Below, piece by piece: positions 39,508 to 46,271 of a stretch of DNA of 64,000 bases; the stretch's first letter is position 1, and each line of letters starts with the position of its first letter. The translations under genes and the position numbers were made by a program. Below the pieces are notes generated by a model. That model had not been told where the DNA came from, made no database searches, and was given only the letters and a program-made list of their open reading frames with translations. The stretch lies in the sequence record NC_042098.1, one strand, 5' to 3'.

Positions 39508-39909
39508 ATGGAACATTTAACTTTTGCTGATCTCACTGCTGATCAGTTTACTGCTTTACTTCAGACCGTTACACACCGTGTAACCATTCATTGTCCCGAT
39601 AAATGGCTCTGGGTTGATTCATCTGCAAAGCAACCGCAACTTGTGGTTTCTACGCGCTTTTCAGATAAACGCAATCCTTCGGGCTGGGCGCCCTACCTTA
39701 CGCGACTCAATCTTCCTTCAGATGTCGAGGTGACATCAGTGTCTGTCCTTTGGATAGAGAAGGCAGATTGGTTCTTGTATGAAGTAACTGGGGTTGATGC
39801 ACAGGGGAGCTTGTGCCATCAGTTTATCAAAGCTACAGTGCAAGGGGAAAAGAAATACAAGACCCACGCACTGTGTCTCTATCGGGATCGTCTCACATTA
39901 CAGGAGTAA
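39508..39909 (+). CDS. Hypothetical protein (~133 aa)
   Basis: RBS TAGGA, ATG at 39508. Confidence 0.68.
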   Translation: MEHLTFADLTADQFTALLQTVTHRVTIHCPDKWLWVDSSAKQPQLVVSTRFSDKRNPSGWAPYLTRLNLPSDVEVTSVSVLWIEKADWFLYEVTGVDAQGSLCHQFIKATVQGEKKYKTHALCLYRDRLTLQE

Positions 39910-39914
39910 ACCTC

Positions 39915-40187
39915 ATGAAACTAACTTTATGCCAGGCCAACGGGTATTCATTGATTCACCCGGCGTACCACAGTCACACCCCGAAGAACAACGTCGTGTT
40001 GGCGGAGGGGAAATTATCCTTTAAAGACAACCGCTGTTTCCTCGGCACCAAAGAGATCGGTCATGTGCTGGCGAACGGCAACGTACAGCTGAACACCGAT
40101 GTGGTGCTGCCCACCCTCGGCTTTGTCACTGGGTTGCGTAACCAGATCCGCTTCCTGCACAAAACCATTGCTCGTCAGCTTCATTAA
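39915..40187 (+). CDS. Hypothetical protein (90 aa)
   Basis: RBS CAGGAG, ATG at 39915 (track start 39813); hairpin+TTATGC terminator at 40195-40227. Confidence 0.65.
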   Translation: MKLTLCQANGYSLIHPAYHSHTPKNNVVLAEGKLSFKDNRCFLGTKEIGHVLANGNVQLNTDVVLPTLGFVTGLRNQIRFLHKTIARQLH

Positions 40188-40532
40188 GGTCACAGGGGGT
40201 AGTTGGACTACCCCCTCGCCTTTATGCTCTCTTTTTTTTTGTATTTAATTACACAAGAGAGCATCGTATGTAGGTCAGTCGTGACCACCAATAGTGACAA
40301 CAACTAAATTAAGTTCACCAGTACTCTTGGCGGGGGATGTGTCAGTAACGGTACGCACCCCCGTTCCTTTTTTATACCGCACCCAAATTCCCGAACAGGT
40401 TGAGCAGATCACCCAGGTCACGTTGTCCTAGCAGCGTACTTACGGCGCCCGTCGTATCAGACACCCCCTGCGTCTAAGTTTGACCCGATCTGCTCGACCT
40501 TCCTTATCTACCACTACCCTAAGGAACCTGCT

Positions 40533-40853
40533 GTGAGCGATGATATCAAAGTAACCAAACAACTGACCGTGTCCGCCCCTGAGCACGGTATCAAGGTACA
40601 GATCGACGCCCTGGCATTAAAGGACGATGAACACGCCGATCCTGAGCAGTACCGGATCATCTCAACCGCGATCGCTGAAACTGGCGGTGAGCCGTTGACG
40701 GAAGGTGAGTTCAATGATTTCCGTCGTTATGACGAAGAAGGCCGTCTGCTGTTCTCCTTCTTCCCGGCCAGTGGCATCCTTGAGATTGCCCACGGCTACG
40801 ACAACGAGATCGACCTGACTGTGGTTGTTACCCTGCGTGAAGTCGCTGCGTAA
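40533..40853 (+). CDS. Hypothetical acidic protein (106 aa)
   Basis: RBS TAAGGA, GTG start. Confidence 0.7.
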   Translation: MSDDIKVTKQLTVSAPEHGIKVQIDALALKDDEHADPEQYRIISTAIAETGGEPLTEGEFNDFRRYDEEGRLLFSFFPASGILEIAHGYDNEIDLTVVVTLREVAA

Positions 40854-40964
40854 TGCCTTGCTCAGGTTTAGGGGTGCGGCGTAACAGCCGCACTATCTCC
40901 GTACGGGAGAAACGACGCCGTACTGCGCTCTATCGTGCCTTAGCTAAAGCTAGAGAGGTGTGCG

Positions 40965-41204
40965 GTGGAGCGAACTGAACTTATGGCCGGCGGGGAATAC
41001 ACCCACTATAAAGGCGGTTGCTACAAGGTTGTTGGGTTTACGAACCTGCATGCAAAAGACAACCCGCAGTTTATCCCGCAAGTGGTGTATCACTCGATCA
41101 GTCCGAACGACCCCCATAACTGGTACTCGCGTCCACTGAGTGAGTTCCTGGAAAAGTTCAGGCCAATTACGCCTGAAGATGTGAAGGCCGATATCGGTCT
41201 TTAA
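40965..41204 (+). CDS. DUF1653-like small protein
   Basis: GxYxHYKGGxYKV...VVY...WxRPLSEF pattern typical of DUF1653. Confidence 0.72.
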   Translation: MERTELMAGGEYTHYKGGCYKVVGFTNLHAKDNPQFIPQVVYHSISPNDPHNWYSRPLSEFLEKFRPITPEDVKADIGL

Positions 41205-41279
41205 GCACGACCCGGCTTACGAGCCACGGTGTTACGACACCACCTTTAACTACTACTCTTAACTACTAAGGAATGACTA

Positions 41280-42419
41280 ATGTCCATGATCGTGAAAATC
41301 ACCTCGGGTGAAGATAAAGCTGACAACAATGTGAGCAAAGGGTTTGAACTGATCCCGGTAGCGGCCGGTATGCGCACTGCCTTTGAGCGCGATGAACAAT
41401 CCCGCGCCTGGTTTAAGTTGTTCAATACGGATGCAGAAGGTATTGAACAGCAACTGCTCACCCGTCAGGTACTGGGTAACGTCTATGTGATGGAAGCCGG
41501 TAAGACTATCGCCAGTTTCTCCTCGGCCGATATCAGTGATATCCGGACGTCAGCAGAAGGCACAGTGTTCTTGAGCAGCCCTGCCAACGGTATCAGTAAC
41601 CAACCTTATACCGAGCCTGCTATCTCTGAGCTCAACGTACTGGGGTATAATGACCGCCTGCACGACTATACCGAGCTACCTTTCATCACCTCAGAAGAAG
41701 TGAATGATGCCCGGGTGTTTAAGTTTCACGCCAACTCAGAGCCAGAAGTCTGGTATGTCAATGCCGATAAAAAGTGGCAGCTGCATGAGCAGGCAACACT
41801 CAACCATCGTCAGTCTGGCGCAGCACCCGGTGATCGCGCAGATGTAGAAGAGTTTGCCAAGGAGCTCACCCCGGTCGTATTTGGCAGCACCGACGTTTCA
41901 GCCAGCAATGATAACATGATGTTTATCAAAACGTTGGCGGCGACGGTGATGACTGCACACGAGAAGAACGCCATTGACTACATGGGTCTGGAATTACTGT
42001 CAATCATTCGAGTGCCGTTCTCGCGCTTAAAAACGCTGGAAGAGTATCTGCGCGTGTGCAAGTATCCGGTGCTGTGTAAGTTCGCCACTGAAGGTACACG
42101 TATTGTGAGTTACCATGTGCGGGCGTATGAGCCAATCAATGACATCCTGCCTGGTACCGAGCTTCTGCTCCAACGTCTCAAAAGCGAACAGAAAGGCCTG
42201 GTAAAGAACCTGGTTGATAAGATCGTTAAGTACTACCGTGCGGATTGCACCGTCGTACCGGTCGAGCCCAACCTGGTTTTTGATGCACTCGAGGATCGGG
42301 CGCTGATTGAGGAGTTCAGACGGTTGCTTAAAATCCAGCTGGACTTCATCATGAACGATGACGGTCATTGCCATACCGCAGTGATCAGTTATCCGAGTAT
42401 CATCCGTATGGGTGCGTAG
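41280..42419 (+). CDS. Hypothetical protein (379 aa)
   Basis: RBS TAAGGA; no recognised motif. Confidence 0.78.
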   Translation: MSMIVKITSGEDKADNNVSKGFELIPVAAGMRTAFERDEQSRAWFKLFNTDAEGIEQQLLTRQVLGNVYVMEAGKTIASFSSADISDIRTSAEGTVFLSSPANGISNQPYTEPAISELNVLGYNDRLHDYTELPFITSEEVNDARVFKFHANSEPEVWYVNADKKWQLHEQATLNHRQSGAAPGDRADVEEFAKELTPVVFGSTDVSASNDNMMFIKTLAATVMTAHEKNAIDYMGLELLSIIRVPFSRLKTLEEYLRVCKYPVLCKFATEGTRIVSYHVRAYEPINDILPGTELLLQRLKSEQKGLVKNLVDKIVKYYRADCTVVPVEPNLVFDALEDRALIEEFRRLLKIQLDFIMNDDGHCHTAVISYPSIIRMGA

Positions 42420-42459
42420 CAGGTATTTGTAAATAAATACTAGATATCTGCTATTACTA

Positions 42460-42715
42460 TGTAAACTACGACGCTCCGAAAATCCCCCAAGATAAAGGAG
42501 TCATAACCTCTCCGTTATGCGCCTCGTAGTTTTCTTTTGAGACAGGCAAGGACGTCGACTGGGTTCAGCTGATACTGTAAAGTGTTGCTGTGTGTGCCCG
42601 GTCCCTTGCCGTCTCCTTTTTCTCGATTTGTGCGATTCTCTTCCAGGCTGTTCTTACCTGATCTCGTGTCAGGAAACAGATCGAAGACAGACATGCGAAT
42701 CAACTTTGGTAGTGC
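42460..42715 (+). ncRNA. Candidate structured sRNA (three long hairpins)
   Basis: AAACTACGA/TCGTAGTTT; GAGAC-A-GGCAAGGAC/GTCCCTTGCCGTCTC; GATTC.TCTTC...GAAGA...GAATC. No credible ORF. Confidence 0.4.
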
Positions 42716-42772
42716 CTACTATATACACACTTAGCTATAAATTTTACTCAAAAGCAATATTAAGGATGACCC

Positions 42773-42940
42773 ATGGACAAGCAGAGAGAAGATTCTATCG
42801 TTGAGATGATGACACTCGCTCAGCGATTAAATAACTTAGTCGTTGGAATGCAAGTCCGCAAAGCCCAGTTAACGTCAGGTTCCGCCAAAGTCGTCGCTGA
42901 TGCAATCAGCAAAGCGAATGTGAAACCTGAGGATCACTGA
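42773..42940 (+). CDS. Small hypothetical protein (55 aa, MDKQREDSIVEMMTLAQRLNNLVVG...), below track cutoff
   Basis: RBS TAAGGA; amphipathic helical sequence. Confidence 0.62.
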   Translation: MDKQREDSIVEMMTLAQRLNNLVVGMQVRKAQLTSGSAKVVADAISKANVKPEDH

Positions 42941-42944
42941 GGTA

Positions 42945-43285
42945 GCCGTAAACGTAGTGGGTATGGTGGGGATCAATGATAGCCCTGCTCGGTGAGTTTG
43001 TTAATCCCCGCCGTATCGCTTCGTAGAACACAGGGTCACTCATGACGTGGGGAGTGGCATAAACACCTGGGGTAGAAGTCCCAACTGCATCCAAAATTCA
43101 ATGACGCCTGTCACAGCCGCTTAAGCGCGCAGAAGATGACTTGTGTGCTCTGTGGCGATACTCGGACTTGCCAGCCTGTGGGGGCGGAGTAAAGTCTGGG
43201 TGTTAGCCCGCTGCCATGTTACCACGTGAAAGTCGTGGGGGCGTCACCCTATTAGATCGATCGCTGACAGTACGTGTTTATGCTT
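42945..43285 (+). ncRNA. Candidate structured RNA with T-loop-type hairpins
   Basis: TGACGCC/GGCGTCA long-range helix; CCACG-TGAAA-GT-CGTGG; ends near TTATGC at about 43278. Confidence 0.35.
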
Positions 43286-43328
43286 ACTTGCTTCTCTGGT
43301 TACGCTAACCTATCGTGAGGAGATAAAC

Positions 43329-43625
43329 ATGAATCTGTATATAGTCAAACGTGATGATAGAGCTGTGGATTTCGAACAGTGTGCGGGGATGGTGGTTGCT
43401 GCGTCGTCTGAGGATGAAGCTTTGCGATTGCACCCGATGGTTCTTGACTCTAGCCACCCAGACAATGCTGAGCGGCACCTGGCTGAATCGGCGGAGAACT
43501 TCGAGGATGGTACGTTGTACGGCTGGCCTAGCCAGGACCGTTTTCACGAACTGACCATAACCTTGATAGGAACCACACACTTGACCGTTCCGCAAGTCCT
43601 GTTACACGACTATAAAGGCGGTTGA
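43329..43625 (+). CDS. Hypothetical protein (98 aa) of a common phage type (vVVaAxSEDEAlrlHP)
   Basis: RBS GAGGAG; hairpin GTCCGGG-GTAATA-CCCGGAC downstream. Confidence 0.75.
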   Translation: MNLYIVKRDDRAVDFEQCAGMVVAASSEDEALRLHPMVLDSSHPDNAERHLAESAENFEDGTLYGWPSQDRFHELTITLIGTTHLTVPQVLLHDYKGG

Positions 43626-43744
43626 TCTAAGTCCGGGGTAATACCCGGACACCCTATTCTGTTTTTCAGTACATCACTGGAAGATACTATCGAGAGCAGC
43701 CACTCCGATACTCTAACTTATAAAGTTTAAAAAGGATAATAACG

Positions 43745-44398
43745 ATGTCAACCGAAATGACCATTTCTCGTGCACTGGCTACAGTGAAGTCTTTGAATGT
43801 CCGCATCAAAGATATCTCTAAAAAGCAGGTGCTGATTCTGCCAACCGCCGGTACTGGCGACATGCAATCGGTGATCAACAACAGCATCACTGTTACCGAT
43901 GCTGAAGCCGCCATCCAGAATAACTGGAATGCGCTGAACGACATGATCAAAGTGCGTAACGATATTCGTGCGAAGATCATCCTGTCGAACGCCACAACCA
44001 AAGTGACCATCGCCGGTAAAGAATACACCATTGTTGAGGCATTGGACTTCCGCAACTCCCTGGTCGAAAAGAAAGACACGGTTGAGTGCCTGAAGCGCAA
44101 CTACGACTCCACAATGAAAGTTCACCGCCAGCAGGGCGACATCTACGAAAAGCGTTTAAGCGATGTGCGCTCCGAAGCCCTGGCCTCCGGCAAGAAGTTT
44201 GATGAAGCCAGCTTGAAGACCTTCACCGATCCAATCGATGTGAAGATGAAACCAGGCCTGATCGATCCTCTGGGTATCTCAGCAGTTATTGAGAAGCTGG
44301 ACAAAGAGATCGCTGACTTCGAACTTAACGCCGACTACGCGTTGTCCGAATCTAACGCAACGACCAAGATCACTGTTGAACTTGGTAACATTGCTTAA
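43745..44398 (+). CDS. Coiled-coil protein, DIP1984/DUF6847-like (217 aa)
   Basis: MTISRAL...I..SNATTKV...TIVEAL...LSESNATTKITVEL: internal SNATTK repeat and all-helical heptads. Family assignment is from memory of the pattern and needs an HMM check. RBS AAGGA. Confidence 0.6.
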   Translation: MSTEMTISRALATVKSLNVRIKDISKKQVLILPTAGTGDMQSVINNSITVTDAEAAIQNNWNALNDMIKVRNDIRAKIILSNATTKVTIAGKEYTIVEALDFRNSLVEKKDTVECLKRNYDSTMKVHRQQGDIYEKRLSDVRSEALASGKKFDEASLKTFTDPIDVKMKPGLIDPLGISAVIEKLDKEIADFELNADYALSESNATTKITVELGNIA

Positions 44399-44445
44399 TC
44401 CGTATTAAAAGGCTTGTCTTCGTTTGACGAAAGATCAAACACCGC

Positions 44446-44483
44446 CTTCCTATTTGGCCGGATGGAAGTAAAATAACCGGCCA
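44446..44483 (+). ncRNA. H-type pseudoknot 1
   Basis: CTTCC(44446-50)/GGAAG(44464-68) and TGGCCGG(44455-61)/CCGGCCA(44477-83), with A-rich loop TAAAATAA. Confidence 0.5.
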
Positions 44484-44494
44484 GCCATTATACA

Positions 44495-44560
44495 TCTGTA
44501 GGTCGCAGGTTCGATTCCTGTCGGGGTGAAACCCGTAGCTCAGTCGGTTAGAGCAGCAGA
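44495..44560 (+). ncRNA. Circularly permuted tRNA-like module (T-arm, loop-closed acceptor stem, D-arm); Y-RNA/YrlA-like topology
   Basis: TCTGT-AGGTC-GCAGG-TTCGATT-CCTGT-CGGGGTGAAACCCG-TA-GCTC-AGTCGGTTA-GAGC-A-GCAGA: every tRNA arm has canonical length but the halves are swapped. No anticodon loop and no CCA. Confidence 0.8.
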
Positions 44561-44603
44561 ACAACTGCTTATGCTAAAAGCAATGATCTTTGGGATCATC
44601 AAT

Positions 44604-44632
44604 GGTGTACTGTGAGCACCTTGAAATCACAG
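44604..44632 (+). ncRNA. H-type pseudoknot 2
   Basis: GGTGT/GCACC stem; loop CTGTGA(44610-15) pairs with TCACAG(44627-32). Confidence 0.5.
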
Positions 44633-44633
44633 G

Positions 44634-44757
44634 TCTAAAGCTTAAAGCTATAACGTATAATGACTAAAGCTCTAAAGGTTTAAACTTATAACGTTAAAAA
44701 GATCTACACTCCCTGATGACTGTGTTCGTCGGGCTATAACGCTAAAACCTTTTAAAC
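44634..44757 (+). repeat. Degenerate 7-8 nt A-rich tandem repeats (YYWAAAG / TATAACG)
   Basis: TCTAAAG CTTAAAG CTATAACG TATAATG ACTAAAG CTCTAAAG GTTTAAAC TTATAACG TTAAAAAG ... CTATAACG CTAAAAC TTTTAAAC. Confidence 0.7.
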
Positions 44758-45492
44758 AAATCCTGGGTATTCCTCCGCTGTGAGGATGGGTAATGTGGAG
44801 TGTGGTCTGCCACGTATCGCCGCCAGGCTGTCTTGCGGAGACAAGTCTTTCCCTTTTGCAATAGGTGACCTAATGACAGGCACTGCATTAATGATCATTG
44901 AGCAACCACAACCGGAATTCAATATCCCGTTGAGGTCGCCTTATCCTGCCCTTCATGACGTAAGGTTTTCTATGTTCCCTGTTATGGGTGAGCCTGAGAA
45001 CGAAGGGTTTGAACAAGATTCAGAAACTGACGCATTACATTGAGGAGATTCAATCGCGCAGGTTCTTAACCGACTAAAGCCAGGGTGACTTGTGTTATCT
45101 TGGTAAAAGGTGAACGCGTCGTTACAGCGCATACGACTGAATGGGCCGATCCCCCCTTCGGAGTAATATTAGCCCAGATCCATTGCACACCGATAAGTCA
45201 ATGGCTAGCCAGACACACAAAAAAACTATTATGCTTCGACAGATGGTAGGTGCCTGATTACTACAATTCGATTCGATACCTCAACTAAAAGGCGGACACA
45301 AGGGCCGTTATGAGTGAAGCACCAGGAAACTATACCTTGGTAAGGCCCCAGGTTTTTTATCCTTACCAAGGTTCTCTTTCTTTTACTGCCTGATAATGGG
45401 TGGATGTCTTAGTCACCTTTCTTTCACAGAGGCAACAACCTAAGGCGTCTGCCCGCCCTATAACCCGAGTCGTCTAGCGACAAGACACCGTC

Positions 45493-45573
45493 AGACCCAT
45501 TTGGTAACAGCCTAACTTACCTGTTACCCAACCTATGACGGAAACAGGTGGTTCAACTCCACCTCTTGGGTCT
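45493..45573 (+). ncRNA. Second tRNA-like element (7-bp closing stem, 8-bp hairpin, T-arm)
   Basis: AGACCCA/TGGGTCT; GGTAACAG/CTGTTACC; AGGTGG-TTCAACT-CCACCT. Confidence 0.5.
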
Positions 45574-45649
45574 TAGGTATTGGCTTAGGCAAACTCCGTC
45601 GCGGCTTTACCCTCAATAGGCTGCGTTGCGTAAGTCAGTACCGTGCTGT

Positions 45650-45805
45650 GCGTCGTACTCCCTGATGAGGCGCCCGACGTTAAAAGGCACGAAACGGGGA
45701 CAGAGGATACTCCATCGGTGATTGCAATCAACCACGCTGGGGTTTATACAGGCACTTGAGAGACACGCTGGTTTCTCGTTGCCTGTCCCTTTGTCCCGTC
45801 GGAGT
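45650..45805 (+). ncRNA. Type I hammerhead ribozyme
   Basis: Stem I ACTCC/GGAGT; core CTGATGA (45662-68) and GAAA (45691-94); stem II closed by G-C; stem III CGGGGACAGAGG/CCTTTGTCCCG; GUC cleavage triplet at 45798-45800; loop-II CGACG pairs with upstream CGTCG. Confidence 0.82.
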
Positions 45806-46208
45806 CCCTTGCGTTCCTGGAGGGATGACACCGCGTTAAGACTGATCCCCTTAACGAAGTTGCAATAGCCGGGGGGTGTTTCTTGCAAAGGTTACTCACA
45901 GCAGACTGCCTCCGCCAATTGCGGATGGCTTAGGCCCTCAGCCCGTCAGGAAGTTGTCGTTGAATAAATGACAGCTGGACTAGGGTTGCATTATAACCCG
46001 GCAAATGTGCAGCCTGTTTTTTCTTCATGTGTACCTGAACCGGTTCAGGAGCCTACAGATGAGGGAACGACGGGAAGCATATTGCTACCGATCATTTGCT
46101 GTGTGACCGGGCCAAGGATGGCATATACCGGAACCAGTAGTCGTATTCAGCGCAGGTGCGCTTTCTCTTCCTTATCTTGTGGTTAAACCGCACCTGTCTG
46201 GATCATAT

Positions 46209-46237
46209 GTGCCGGGGTCACACCTGGCGCTTATGCC
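46209..46237 (+). terminator. Hairpin plus TTATGCC closing the non-coding locus
   Basis: GTGCCGGG-GTCACA-CCTGGCGC-TTATGCC. Confidence 0.6.
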
Positions 46238-46263
46238 GTCTGAGTTGTATCCTTTTTTACTCC

Positions 46264-46271
46264 TACATTAC
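46264..46271 (+). promoter_or_regulatory. Early promoter motif TACATTAC
   Basis: One mismatch to TATATTAC; upstream of the 46314 cluster. Confidence 0.55.

Noticed and set aside
41280-42419. Ro60/TROVE partner for the Y-RNA-like element
   Set aside because: No TROVE or vWA motifs were recognised in this or any other ORF of the window.
43160-43215. Twister-like ribozyme (GCGGAGU segment)
   Set aside because: The required UAA-P2-GC strand and the L4 pseudoknot partners are not in the correct register.
44495-44575. Canonical or spliceable (BHB-type permuted) tRNA gene
   Set aside because: The halves are in reverse order, the acceptor stem is only 4-5 bp and loop-closed, and there is no anticodon loop, CCA or bulge-helix-bulge. 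It cannot yield a functional tRNA, so it is kept as a mimic.
44708-44719. Second ACTCCCTGATGA, identical to the 5' strand of the hammerhead
   Set aside because: No GAAA core, stem III or GGAGT partner in a usable position. The bases fit a simple hairpin (about 44711-44733). The 12-nt identity is noted but it is not called a ribozyme.
44634-44757. CRISPR array
   Set aside because: Units are 7-8 nt, degenerate and contiguous, with no unique spacers; no cas genes are present.
45493-45580. tmRNA 3' end
   Set aside because: It has a GAC...T-arm resemblance but no G3-U70 acceptor, no CCA and no tag reading frame.
45613-46186. Track ORFs 45613..45888 (-) and 45968..46186 (+) as real genes
   Set aside because: No RBS and atypical composition. 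The first is antisense to the hammerhead, so both are probably spurious.
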